A DNA stretch of 64,000 nucleotides from Paramecium tetraurelia (GCA_000165425.1 CT868013.1:124001-188000), one strand, 5' to 3'. Positions 40,636-54,461 are shown, counted from the stretch's first letter. Notes: generated from the sequence alone by a model not told the origin. Translations and numbers: made by a program.

Positions 40636-40686
40636 CCTTATTTTTGTATATAAATATATATATAAATAACAAAGTGAATTATATTA

Positions 40687-43315
40687 TCATAAATACTACT
40701 ACAATATTCTTTAGAGATCATTTATTTAAATTGGTTTGGTTAAGTAATCCTTCATACCGGCTTGTAAACATTCATTTTTCTATTCATTGCTTTCATACGC
40801 AGAACATCCTATTATTGTGATATTAATTCCGAATTTCTAGGATAATTCTAACAATTTCTTAGTCGTTTAAATTCCATTGATGCTTGGCATTTCCAAATCC
40901 ATAAAAATCAATTTATAAAACTCATGATTTATTTACCATTTTTTTTCACACTTCTCTATTGCAGAATACCCATTGCATGCTGAGTCTACTGAATCAAATC
41001 CTCTTATAATATTATTTAAATTTACAATCTATCTAGTTTCAACTTCATCATTTCGATATTCATACAAGTGTCATCTACAATCAATATTTGAAAAGTCATA
41101 ATAGCTTTGGTTGATCTTTTGAATATTGAGATGTGGTTGTGCACGTATACTTTATGGATGCTTTCCTCTTGTTATTGTTACATAATTATAGACTCTTCGC
41201 TATCTTGATTACGTTCTTCCAAACTGTTCAATGATTAAATTTCATTTAAGTCTTAATATCCTATTTGAAAGTAGAATATGGAGCCTAACATAATTCATAA
41301 AAACTACCTTTCTTATATTAAGATTTAAATTTTAGACCGCTTTGCAAATCCTAGTTCAAATTCTAAAGTATCTGGTTGCTGATTAATAATCCTAGGCCCA
41401 CCCCAGATTTATTCATCTTCTTATGTTCTTCACTATTCCCTTTACCAAAAGCTTAGAATATTTTTGCTTGATCCTCCTCTGTGATACCTATGCCTGTGTC
41501 AATGACTGACACATCTAATTTCTGATTGATGAATGAAACCTTGATGGTTACTGATCCATCATCTGTGAATTTGAATGCATTGCCCAACAGATTGATCATA
41601 ATCTGTTTTAGTCTACTTGAATCAGAGTATATAAACCTTGGAGCCTTGCTTTCATAATTTATAAATAATTTTATTTATTTCTTTTCAGCTGTAACCTGAA
41701 ATAAATCTGCACAACTTTCAAGTAATAAATTAAAATTAAATTTGGCTTTATTGATCTTAAATTTACCAACTTTTATTTGAGCCAAATCCAATAAATCATC
41801 ACTTAAATTTAGTAAGTATTTAGCATTGTCCAAAGCAATTTTTATTTGTTTATTTATATTTATAGGATAATTAGCCTTCATCACTCTCCTGCACTCTTTT
41901 TCCATGATTACTGTCTGTGATTAATGTTTTTATTCTTCATCTATCCCTAATTCCAACATCTCTATAATACAATTCAAAGGAGTTCTGTATTCATGACTGA
42001 CAAATGACAATGTTTTTGATTTCTGTTTGCTATATTCTTGTAAGGCTTAAATGTAATCTCGATGAGTTATATCCCTTATCAACATCAAAATATAGGGTGT
42101 GTCACTGATTAATGCATTGTACAATTTCACTTCGATTACTCTTTTTCTATTGCCATCCTAAGGTTTCTAGTTTCCATAAATTGCAATATGTTCCTGAATT
42201 AGTTCATTTGAATTCTTCATCTAGCTCTGAAATTCTGTTTTACTTAGTTGTTAAGCCAGCAATCTGATCTCTTGTTCCAAGATCTAATAATTTAATATCT
42301 ATATTACTGTTTCTTCACACAAGGTATCACATTTTTTTAAGAAGACTCCTCTGCTTTCTAGGGAACTCAACACTGAATTTTGTCTTAGTATTTCTATTTT
42401 CTGAGATGTTTATAATTAATTGGTTTGGGATCTCCTTTGGCTACGAGAACCCTTATGAATGAAATTACATGGAATTGGGGTTTGCTAAAATGTAGAAAAT
42501 GAACTCATTGAATTTCTCTATTCTTATTGCTGCTTTTATTAAACATCGGTTATTTATTGTTGTTCCAAGTGGAATAATTTCTATAGAATCTCATCAGATG
42601 TCTCTGCCGTAGATAACTTCAACATATTTTCATTATGATATTCCAATTCTAGTTTCTTATCACAGACTTTGAATAGCCCTATCCCTTGAGGGAAGATGCT
42701 TAGGATCTCCAATTTGTTGTCTCTGGGACTGTCATTGTGACTTGGTTTGTCTTGGAATTTGACTCTCGAATGATTATTCGTATGGCCTGCACTATCAATC
42801 ACAATTTTGTCAGGTATCTCTCCCTAGGTGTAACTATCAATGTTCCTCCTGTGCTTTTTATGTTTGGAATTATAAAATAAAATTAGCCAATGAAGTAAAA
42901 TCGCTACAATCGACAGGTGAATTTCTTTTACGCTGTTGATTGAGCATAATATAAATAGTATAACTTCAGAAACTATGTGATGGACAATCAATAGCTTCTT
43001 AAGTTATATCGTTTATAAATTTATTTTTGTATTAAAGAACTCTTTGGTATTGCATAATGCTAACACTTACATAGAGCAATGGTTTGAGCCAAAATAAATG
43101 GCCAAAAGCAAACTCCATTGTTACATCAAATCAAAATATTAAATATACTCCTTGATTTAAGTGATGAAACATAATATAATTCTTAAAACCTAAACAAGTC
43201 CGATCAATGCAGCTATTAAAATGTTGCCATTTCCAAAGATATTCTGAAACATCACCAATAGAGTCACAATCATCATCATCAAGTTATCTTTAAACACTCT
43301 TTTGAATCTATTCAT
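40687..43315 (-). CDS. Membrane hybrid histidine kinase (TMs, HisKA, HATPase_c, receiver)
   Basis: H-box SFVSHEYRTPLN, N-box INLLGNAFKFT, G1 DTGIGI, F-box FQAFG, G2 GVGLGL; receiver ILIVDD, IFMDLEMP, CSAY, TKP. Confidence 0.92.
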
Positions 43316-43761
43316 ATAACAAAAAATAATTAAATAATATAATCAATTAAGTTCTCATCAAATACTTAAGTGGATTCGATATTTAAATGAATACTTTTTC
43401 TATTACCCTACCACTGACCTCAAATTCAACCCTTCGTTAAATTGGCGAATTGTGAACCATCCTTTTAAGAATAAATTCATAAAAGCCAGTTTATTCATTT
43501 TATTTCTAACTGTACAATTTAATAACAATAGTTATTGTTTTCAACTAATCACTTAAAATAATTTCATTTTATATTTATTACAAAAAGCCAAATTTGAATT
43601 CCTTTAAGAAAAAATTTAATCAACCTCCGAAATCCTTTATTTTAAAAGTAAACAATGGATTCGACAATCCTTAATATTAATGTCTAAGGATTAAATTTAA
43701 ATAATCCCTCATAAATGACGCTTATCTGGGGTCACCTTAAATGCCTCATCGATGCAGATTA

Positions 43762-43827
43762 NNNNNNNNNNNNNNNNNNNNNNNNNNNNNNNNNNNNNNN
43801 NNNNNNNNNNNNNNNNNNNNNNNNNNN
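43762..43827. other. Assembly gap (66 N)
   Basis: Run of N. A + strand frame starting at ATG 43655 (MDSTILNINVQGLNL...) runs into the gap. Confidence 0.99.
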
Positions 43828-44113
43828 AATAATTAATAATATATAATATAATGTAATTTTAAAAATCTATTTAAATAGAAATAAGAATATATTAATTATA
43901 GGAATGTTAAATTTCATATGACTTTAATTAAAAACTCTTTAAATTTTAAATGATATTATTTATAGTCTGTATTTTTACACTATAAAACAGAAACCATTTA
44001 TATTAATCTCTAGACATGCATTAAAATTTTAAAGGAAAAAGACCTTGTTTAGTTTAGAATATGTGTAAGGAAATATTTTTGTAATATTCTTCATTCTAAC
44101 AAAAATAAAAAAA

Positions 44114-44923
44114 ATGTATTATAAATATAAATACTTGTTTTCTACATTGAAATTCAATCCAAATAAGAACTATTATCAAGCCCTTAATCTCACAAACAAA
44201 GCAACTTAAGATGAAATTAAGAGTGCTTTCTACACTCTTGCTAAATTATATCATCCTGACAAGAATCCGAATTCAATTGATTAATTTAAGGCAATTAATG
44301 AGGCTTACGAAGTGCTTAAAAATCCTACTACAAAGAAGGATTATGATGAAATTTAAGTAAACCCTGCAAAGTATTAGAAGTAGCAATATGAGAGAGAATA
44401 TTACTAATAGAGTTGTAATAAAATATTGGATTTTTAGCTTATAAGTATTACAACCAAAATCAAGGATAATATAGATAAGCATATGATGAATATCAAAAAC
44501 AATAAGCATATAAATAATATCACTTTTATTCACGTTCAGGGTATGATTACTAAGATCCCTTCAGAGATTATCATAAGTATATGAAAGATGAGCAATTTGT
44601 AATTATTATTTAATACCGCTCCATAGGACAATTATTCTAAGAGAAATTCAGATACAAGATATTTAATTATATTTATGATGGCAGCATCAGCTTTTATATT
44701 TTTTGAGTTGCTCGATCTATTTTCAAATAATAAGAAACTTATATTTACTGACTAAATTACAGGATAATAATATATAACAACAAGACAAGAGTTAAGAAGT
44801 AAAGCATATATTAACAGAGAACAGTAAGAATTTGAACGAAGAAAAACTGAGTATAAAATCATGTAATAGGAAGAGATAAGAAGAATTCGATAAAAAAAAC
44901 TTGAATAAATGATTGAGAAATGA
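44114..44923 (+). CDS. J-domain (DnaJ-type) protein with TM segment, probably mitochondrial
   Basis: NYYQALNL...EIKSAFYTLAKLYHPDKNP...FKAINEAYEVL, short N-terminal extension, hydrophobic YLIIFMMAASAFIFFE. Confidence 0.85.
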
Positions 44924-45411
44924 ATAAGTATTAAAAATTTATCTGAAATTAATTTATTTCAACCAAATCGTGTTGTTTACAAGACCCAATATTTATTCTT
45001 CCTTTTATCAAAAGGCATAATATGGTAATAGAGATTATGAAATTTTGAAAAAATTCTTGTTCACCTTAAATTTTAATTTAATATATTTTTATTAGACGCA
45101 TTATTTTATAATGGTTTATCTGATAGTAAAAAGAAGTTATGATTTAGAGTTAAAGAAGAATTAAAGAATACAACCGGTTATTAATTTTAACTAAACCCTA
45201 TTTTATGTGATAATTCTAATAATAGATTTAAAGTCTTAATATATTTTTATTATTAAAATATAATATTAACATTAAGGAAGTTGTTATATTTGTTTTATCA
45301 ATTCTAATAGTATTTTCTAAATATAATAAACAATTTCTTATTAGATTATATTTAATGCTATGATGATAGAATATTAGAATTCAATTAATAATTCTATTAT
45401 ATAAGCTAGGG

Positions 45412-46005
45412 ATGTCTATATTTGATCAGAACATCTTCTAAGAATGCTTGAATGATTTATTGAATTTAAATATTCAATTTGAATAGAACTGCTATGAACC
45501 AACAATGATTGAATATCAAGAATTGTAAGAGGAACAGATCAGAAAATAAAATGATTAAGATAGTATTTAATAGGAACCAAGCTTATTTGAAATAGAAAAA
45601 GAGAGTGATGATAAGAAAGTAGATTATAAAAATTTGCCCAAATTGATAGGGAATAATTTCGAAAAATATTTGTTATAAAATGAAAGTTCGATTCCAAGAA
45701 CAAAAGGATTGGAAATTTTTTTGAATTCGAGATTGAATAAAAAAAGTTTAAAAGATAAGTAGGTGTCAACCAAAATATCCGATTTGAGAGAAATGTGTTA
45801 ATCTGACTTGCAATCTTAGAGAGCTTTTATCAAATATATAAAAAGGCAATTTATCATAGATTTGGTGTAGAGTCCCAAAATTGAGAATCCTTTAAAATAT
45901 TTGAATGGGATTAGTACTTATTTTGCTACTGCTAACTAACCTGAGTACATGATTAGTAGTCATGTACTAAGGAAAAATAATAAAAAAATAAAAAAAAGAA
46001 TGTGA
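45412..46005 (+). CDS. Hypothetical protein (tandem paralog A)
   Basis: Continuous frame; motifs KNLPKLIGN, KISDLREMC, SPKIENP, ISTYFA, PEYMIS shared with the next gene. Confidence 0.7.
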
Positions 46006-46040
46006 TTTATTAATTTTAAATTCTAATAGAATTTGTTTTT

Positions 46041-46634
46041 ATGATTTAACCTAATCAAAAGAACATTGTATTTTAATTATATTAAGAAATGTATTTTAGT
46101 TAGAAATTTGGAGATGATGATACTTCAAACTAATTCATTTTTTAGGAAAATCCATCATCAAGGATCTTATCTTATTAAGATTATGAAATTGTAAGTATTA
46201 ATATAGAATTTTAGATGAGAATAGACCCTTATGTATCAACAGCTTAGACAATATCCAGCTTAATCAATCCGAAAAATGAAAAGTTTTGTTTTAAAAATTT
46301 TCCTAAACTCTTGGGGAATAAATTGGTCAAGAAAATACGCAAAGAAGCTAAAGTTCCTAAAGGAATCCAAACTCTCAAAGAAAAAAGAGCTAAGACTCGA
46401 TAATCAGAAATTAAAATACAAGATTTATAGTAAGTTTGTAAAACTGATGATGTATCAAGATAGTATTTTCAAAGTTTTGTTGGTTATGACATGTTTTTAC
46501 ATATCTTAAATAGTAACAAAATTGAGGATCCTATTCGTCTTATACCTGTTATTAGTAATTATTGGGCAGCTTCTAATGAGCCTGATAAAATGATAAGCAA
46601 TTCCTTAATGAATAAATACTTTTAAACCTAATGA
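46041..46634 (+). CDS. Hypothetical protein (tandem paralog B)
   Basis: Motifs KNFPKLLGN, KIQDLQQVC, SNKIEDP, ISNYWA, PDKMIS; 5' exon structure uncertain. Confidence 0.6.
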
Positions 46635-46984
46635 TATAATAATTAATATATCATATTTAATCAAAAATGACAGAATTTAAATACATTTTTCATTCAAATT
46701 TTTCTTATCATTATAAAATAAAAATTTAATTATCAAAGCCTAGATTTAACAAATTTTGAATAGTAAATTTTAATTAATAAATCATACGTATTTTGTTTAA
46801 GGAGGAAGAATTCAATCTAATCAATAGTGCCTAAAATATACAATTAGATATTAACAAAAGAGAGTACTTAAGATCAATTCTTAAGCATTTAACGATCATA
46901 GGACTAAGGAAGAACAATTTATATGGAACCTGATTACTTATAATATATATTGAATATGTTTTTATGTTTTATGTGATAATGAAT

Positions 46985-47580
46985 TCATGCAAAGGTCTTT
47001 TTTGTCATAATATTGTAGAAATCTTCAAATGTTACTTAAGCATCTCCATCTGAGTCAGCTCTATCAATCATTTCTTACAATTCTGAATCGTCCATGGTTT
47101 CTCCTAATTCTTTGGCTACCTTTCTTAAATCCTTTAAGGTAATAACTCCTGCTCTCTCAGAATCAAACAAATTAAAGACTTTCTATTATGATTTAAGGTA
47201 TATTATACTTAGATATCAGCTTTTGAATCTCTTTCACTAATTCTGGCTGTCATCAATTTCAAGAATTCTGCAAAATCAATTTAACCACTTCCATCTGTAT
47301 CTAAATCACTAATCATTTAGTAAATGGTTTGATTTTTTGCTTCAAATCCCAAAGAAGTCATTGCAGCTTTTAATTCCTTTGGATCGATTGATTGGGTGCT
47401 TAATGATGATATAAACTAATACCCGTCTGTGTCAAATAAGTCAAATGCTTCTTTGATTTCCAAAACTTCCTCTTCGGTCAAACCAGGTTTAACAAATTCG
47501 GCTGGATTGAATTTTCCTGTTTGATTCTTTTAAGCAGGGGGAGCTTGTTATGGTGGTGGTTACTATCCTCTTCGTGCCAT
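46985..47580 (-). CDS. ICL1: Infraciliary lattice centrin (ICL1 subfamily)
   Basis: [76 protein letters not shown]...[11 protein letters not shown]; 4 EF-hands, 2 introns; matches Paramecium ICL1 as recalled. Confidence 0.93.
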
Positions 47581-48115
47581 TTATTAAGAAATATAATTAT
47601 TTATTAAAAGATATTCACTAATTTATTTATGTATTTCTAATATTTATTTTCTTTTAATGTATTATAAACAAAAACTGGTTTTCGATTGTCATAAATGTAT
47701 ATTAAATAATTATGAAAATCAAAAAAGCTCTTAATTCTAATTAGAATTAAGATCATAAATCTCTTCCTTTATAAACTATTAATAGCAATTTCCATTCGTA
47801 ATTGAAGAATTAAGAACATGGTTTATTTTTAAGATCTCTGACTATTCCAACTTTAGAATGTAGAATTATTGAATTTCCTAAAAGACTAAATTTATCTCAA
47901 AAAAGAACCTTTAATTTGGAATATGTTATTCAAAATCTATGATTTTTCATAATTTATCAAATTAATTAATAGTTTTTTGATACTATTATTAGCAGTTGAA
48001 ATTAAAAAATTTGATATATTGGAATTAACAAAGCCCTGAATTGAATAAATTAATAATACAATGCAATAAAATATTTTAAAGAGATAGTCAATATTTAATG
48101 GAGTCTTAATGAAAC

Positions 48116-49844
48116 TCAATTTGATTAAATATTTAAGCTGAAGGTTCTTTTGAGGTTCAATTTCTTATTTCGAAAGTCATTATTAATATCTCCGTAGTAA
48201 TCATCCTTTATCAAACCTTAATCAAACAAGTTCTTTATTTTCAGAACATGTACGGTATTGTTTTTAGGATATTTAAATTGTTAAAGTATTTTACATTAAG
48301 GATTAATTGTCATTGTCTATGTTAAGACTCTATCAAATAATGAATCAAATTGAATTTTGAATTATTTTAATACATTACCTAATATGCTTATATAATTTAT
48401 TACTATTGAACGGTTCTACTTTTTTTTTTAAGATTTGATTTTAGATTTAATTTTTAAACTGAATTGACCTGCCATTATTACATTCTTAATCTCTTTTAAG
48501 AAACAAGGAGGATTGATCAATCACTTGATAAATAGGCAAAAATATGAGGTAAATCAATATAATGGAGATAAATATTAATAGAATGAAAATTGATAGTACA
48601 ATTAAAGCAGTCCATTAAATTTCTCTATTAAATATTTCATTTAGATTTTCCATTTAATCAGATATATCCTTCTCTATTTACAAATCATTAAAGAGAATTA
48701 AATAATAATTGATGTTTTTAAGCTTTTGTATCGTAATTACAACGTCTTTTTCATAAACTGTATTATATCTACATAATACATTATGCATTCTTAAGTTGCA
48801 AGTAGACTAGATTATATTTTAGTTATAATAGCTAATGAGAGAATTCCAATCTTCGGCATTGAACCCAGTAATTTCTTAGTCTGCAAAGTTTTTGAGTTCG
48901 GAAGAATTGGATATTGCTTTATTCTTATAGTTTGTCAATAACAATTGTCCTTTTTAGTCAGCTATCATAATGTTGATTGACTATGCTCTTAACATTTTGT
49001 TTGAAAATACAATGTCAGAACAATAAATTCCTTGAACATCCCAAACTAAATTTAGCATTGATTACGTCATTGTCATTGAATACGTAGTTTCGGTTCCAAA
49101 ATACTTGTAAACATCACTTAACTGAGTATTGTTGTATTTATCCTTTTTTAAATTTTCAAAATGCTATTGAAACCACATTCTCTCCTTAGGATGATAACTA
49201 TCTACTTTTAGAATTTAAGGGTAAATGTAAGTAAATTCATATAGGTCTATTGAGGAGGAGAAATAAAATTGGTTAGGAAAAAAGGGATCATCTAAACCCA
49301 TCAAGCCTAAAATAACTGAACTTACTAAAGAAGTATGATTTCTTAGAATTTACTCAATTGGATCTTCTAAGGGTTCAACATCATTTTATTTTAGTGCCAT
49401 ATTTGCATAACATGGAATAGAAATGAAATGATCAGAAGGCAAGACTGAAGAGTTATAGTCACAGGGGCGAGTGATTGGTTTATTGATCCAAATTTTATTT
49501 CTTAATTAAAGCCAATATAATTAATTCAAATTAGTCAGGGTAATTTATGCTTATATGATTTATGAAATTATACTTCTTGTAAATACGGAATTAAGTTATC
49601 CGTTTATAGAATTCGCTGAATTGGTTAAATGATTAAACATTCCCTTGAGCATACTATCCTTCTCACAATCACTTAGAATCTCCTAAATATAATACAAATT
49701 AATAGTCTAGGCCAATATTATTGAAGGTATGATTATAGCGAAAATTACACAATTGATAATTAAAATCTGTGTTCTCATTTTAAATTTTCCTAATTTAGAG
49801 CATAAACACCGACTTAAAATAGAAGTCTAGGCCTATTAATTCAT
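48116..49844 (-). CDS. TM-Cache-TM membrane protein with short cytosolic tail
   Basis: TM1 ILIINCVIFAIIIPSIILAQ; Cache-like YHPKERMWF...LSDVYKYFG...MTMTQSM...GIYCSDI; TM2 WTALIVLSIFILLIFISIILIYLIFLPI; TGA 48116-48118. Confidence 0.72.
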
Positions 49845-50510
49845 AATTTGACTGATTATTAAATAATATAATAGTTATCAAGCAGATTATTATATTAAAA
49901 ACCTGATATATATATATATTTGTTCAAGCTAATTATATAAAATCCACCATTTATATTGAGTTTTAAAATTAGAAAAAAAAAATGCATACGTAATATTAAT
50001 TTAAGGTTATTTTAAAGTTGACTTCCCAACATAATCCAATAATTAAATATGCATTTTTTCAGAGTTTAAGGTAATTATCAATTCAGTGGAAAGGAATGCT
50101 CATATGATTCAGCAAAGAATTTTACATAAACCTCCACATTTACATTAATCAATTAAGTTTAATTTTACATTACCATAATTATTAAATTTATATATTTATA
50201 ATACATACTTATTTACATACATCATTCCATTATTACCAAATTATACGAAATAATATTTTAAGAAACTACCATCATATTTATGAATTGCTATTTTGTTCTA
50301 ATATATTATTAAATTTCATCAGGAAGAGCTTACTTCACTCTTCTTTATAAGTTAAATTATTTACACTTTGTTATGGTAATTTGAAAGAGGGCCATGATTG
50401 TAGAGGTATTATGATTGATGGCGAATTTTAATACAAGATGTTGTGTTGTAATTCAAAATAGTTCATATTTAGAGTTTACATGATATTATATACTTTTATT
50501 AATAATAATA

Positions 50511-51322
50511 ATGAATCAATAGTTTTTTGGAAACGCAAGATTGGCAATCCAAAGAGCACAATAACTTCATTTATTCTTCACAGAATCAGTTATATATGAC
50601 CAATTCAAATACACAGCTAAAATGCCTCAATATCCAAAGATTGTATTTTTGCAATAGAATCCATTTGTAAGAAATTTAGTTGAGAAGTATTTGAATTACA
50701 TATACGTTTAGACAATTTGTTCAATTTTCAATTGTAGATGCTTCAAAGACAACTGGAGAAGTAAGTGTTTTCTTAATGGTTAGGACAATGTTGCTAGATT
50801 GGCTGAATAGGTTCAATTATAATCGACTTAAACAAATGGTGCTTTGTTGTTTGGATTCCCTAATAATGCTGCTGAAGCTGAGAAGTAAATATTCGAATGA
50901 ATAGTGCTTAGACTCGATCGTTTATTGGATGGTGTTAATTTGGCTATTAGATTCAAATTATCTGAATCATTGGCATAGAAGATAGCAGGATCCTATCTAT
51001 CTTGCCAATCATGCGGTAAAGTGTTCAACACAAGTTTACCATTCGTCACACCCACTCACCCTGGATATCAGAATAATGTAAGAAGTCCAATATTAAATTT
51101 AGTGCTAAACTCCAAGCAAATGCGCTTTGGAATAGAGTTCTGCTCCAGCTGATTAAATAAATGCAGAGGTCGCCAATTATTATTAATAGAAAGTATGATT
51201 GATGTTGAATAGATTAGGGTGCATATCTTGAATATGAGATAAATGAAGAGCATTTGTTGTATGATTCTTAGGAGTTCTTTGAAAAATTAGACAATGCAGT
51301 AGCTACCCATATCAAGGTTTGA
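50511..51322 (+). CDS. Adenylate-kinase-like protein lacking the P-loop
   Basis: 5 short introns. GALLFGFPNNAAEAEKLD resembles ADK GFILDGFPRT..QAE.L; LID-like CQSCGKVFN...C...C; no GxxGxGK after PKIVFL. Confidence 0.65.
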
Positions 51323-51444
51323 TATTTTAAGCGAATAAAAGAAATATAAAATTATAATTACAATAATAAATTCTTATTTTCAGCTTTGAAATATATGAAA
51401 TAATCAAAGGCCGAAAAAGTAAAATTAGTTTGATAATGATAACT

Positions 51445-53556
51445 TCATTACTATTATTTGCTTTTTCTTTTTTACTATTGCTTAATTAAAAATCTATTCT
51501 GAACATTGTGTTTATAGATTTGAATGCCTAAGGCCAGATTATCCATATGCGTTAATCTCTACTATTAAGATTGAAGCACATTTGATTGTTCTTTGCTTAG
51601 ATCGGTCTACAGAGTAATGCTATACAAATACATTGATTCTTTCATTCGGTTGTGTTTGGATAGGTTTCTATGTATCATTATAAGCATAAGTGCTAATCAC
51701 TCTAGTTTTGCGATCATTTTTAATATGTTAGCTACTTCTATTTTCAACACTTCTTTTTAAATAGGTGATTTCAGATCTCTAACTATTGCTACTATGGCGA
51801 TCAGATCTTTCAGTACTGCCTTGTTTAAATTTCAAGTTGCTTTTGTGTCTGACATAGGTAGTGGAATCTCTATGGAATATACATAGATTAATACGTATTG
51901 CCTAAGTATTTGGATTGTTTGACTGCAAGTAATTGGGCCAATTGATCCTTGGATTAAATGGAAGGTTTTTGGGAGATGGATTTTTGATTTTTGGATGGCA
52001 AACCAGTTTTCTTGGGAGCTGAAGTATCTCTGTGAGGAACAGGATCTTAAGATTTGGTTTTACCTTTTCTAATTAAAGTGATTAATGGATGGTTATACGT
52101 TTGTGATTTGTTTTGATTTCTATCTGAAAAGGCTTTGTTTAAAAACATTTCCATGGATGAAGAGCCTCCAGTTTCTGCTACTTTAGAGACTTGGGGTTAT
52201 TTAACTTCTTTGGGTTGTGATGCTTATTATTGGATTAGTAGTTGTTGTTGTTGTTGTTGATTTTAAAGGAGATGCAATAAGATTTATTATTGCACATCTT
52301 AACTATAAGGTTGGGAATGCTGTTGTTGTGAGTACAGTTTCTATTTGACTAGAGGGGAGGACTTCTGTTGTTCAATTTATTGGGTTTTATTAAATAAATT
52401 CTATTTTTCAATAGAAATTGATTTGGGAGCAACTTCAGGTTTGATTAACTTTTCTCTTTGTTGTTTGAGTTTGAGGAGATAGTAACAAGTGGTGATGCAA
52501 TTGTGTTTGTTGTTTTTGATCATTTATACAACTTCTTCTTCCGAGATGTTATATTGGAGCAACAATTGAAGAATAGTGTAATCAACGTCTATTTTGAAAT
52601 TGTCCAATCTAGATACTCTATTGATAATACTTAGTGTTTACTCCTTCAGGGATGGTCATTTTGCCAGCGAATTGAATGAAATCATGTTATCTAATTTCAG
52701 GTATTGTGATCCTTTTGGAAGGGTCTTTCTGGAGAATTTTTCGAAGGAGATCAGCTGCTTAAGGAGAGACACTTTTGGGTAGTTTGTAATCTGAGTGTTT
52801 GATCTTTTCGTAGAGTTATTTGGTATTTTGATCTTCGAAAGGGACACAACTAAAGTTGAGGGAAATAGAATACCCACAAATCATTGCATACAAGATTATG
52901 CCACATGACCAGATATCGGTTTTCAATCCTTCATATGGCAAACCACTGACCATCTCAGGTGCAGCATAACAAGGACTGCCACAGGGAGTATGCAATTTTT
53001 GATTTGGTTGATAGAGATTCGATAATCCGAAATCGACTACCTTGACTTGCTTATTGGAATCCAACAGGATGTTCTCTGGCTTCAGATCTCTGTGCACAAT
53101 GCCTAATTGATGTATGTATTCTATGGCATTCAGAAGTTAAAAGAATATACGACCAGCTTCACGCTCTTCAAGTCGAGATTTCGAAACGATATGTTCAAAT
53201 AACTCTCCTCCTGGGGCGTATTCAGTTATGAGATATAATTTTATTTCACTCTCGATGATCTCTTATAACTCAATCACATACCTCATATAATTAAATGATG
53301 TTCGGATGACGTATTTTACGGAGAATGTGAATTTCGCGTTGAATCCTCACATAGTCAGCCTCATTTTCTATTTTCTCCTTCTCCAGAATTTTGATTGCTA
53401 CCTTTGTAAATTGAAGTTATTAAATACTTTCTCATTGGTGCATTTGTGAATTCCCAACTTCACTTTTCCAAAGGTTCCTTATCCTAAAGTTTTATCCACT
53501 ACATAATTCTAAAGAGGGTTGAAATTAGGGTCCTTGAATGTATAGAGTTTTGGCAT
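51445..53556 (-). CDS. SNF1/AMPK-related (CAMKL) Ser/Thr kinase with low-complexity Q-rich tail
   Basis: [46 protein letters not shown]. 3' end approximate. Confidence 0.92.
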
Positions 53557-53582
53557 AACAGAATTTATATTAAAATAATCAA

Positions 53583-54461
53583 TCATCTAATTTTATGGTT
53601 ATTCAAAGTCTCCAATGCCAATAGCAATGCCTAAGTTCCATAACGTGCTCCCCCTTGGGCAACCAAAGCATGATACAACTGCTTTACCAAAGCCAACCCT
53701 GGTAAACTCAAGTTCAACCTATTGGCCTCATTAATCGCTATGCTCAAATCCTTAATGAAATGCTCAACATAAAATCCAGGCTCAAAGTCTCCCTTCACCA
53801 TTCTCAATCCCAACACACTCCAAGCTGTCGAATTGGCTGCTCCACTCTTTATTGTATTAATCAACTATTCCAAATTCAATCCGCATTTGTGTCCATACAA
53901 CAAACCTTCGACTGTCCCTATCATATTCCCAGCCAACACTATCTGATTAACCATCTTAGTATGCTACCCTAAACCAGCACCTCCCATCAATTAAACATTT
54001 GCACTATACACTTTTAATATATCACTTATTCTATCCAAAGCTTTCTATTATCCTCCACACATCACCACCAATCTTCCCTCTCTAGCCCCTATGTCTCCTC
54101 CACTTACTGGAGCATCAATAGATTCTACTCCCCTCTCATTCGCCTACTTGAAAATCCTCTCTGCCAATTCAGGTGATGAAGTAGTGTGATCAACTAAAAC
54201 AGTCCCCTTTTTCATATGATTTAATATTCCTTGATCTCCTAAAACTACTTATTCAACATCCTTAGGATATCCCAACATTAAAAAAACAGCATCTGAATGC
54301 TTTGCCAATTCTCTTGGTTGAACAAATTCTGCTCCTGCTTCAACGAGAGGTTATGTCTTAGTAACTGTCCTGTTGTATATGCGCAATTTATGACCAGCCT
54401 TAAGAATATGTCTGCACATAGAGACCCCCATTACACCTGTTCCAATCCAGCCAATATTCAT
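53583..54461 (-). CDS. NAD-dependent beta-hydroxyacid dehydrogenase (3-hydroxyisobutyrate/tartronate-semialdehyde reductase family)
   Basis: [56 protein letters not shown]; 879 nt, apparently intronless. Confidence 0.92.

Noticed and set aside
47700..48110. Open frames between centrin and the Cache protein
   Set aside because: Frameshift-like breaks and no recognisable domain.
52240..52260. (TGT)n microsatellite
   Set aside because: It is the CAA poly-Gln tract of the minus-strand kinase, not an independent repeat.
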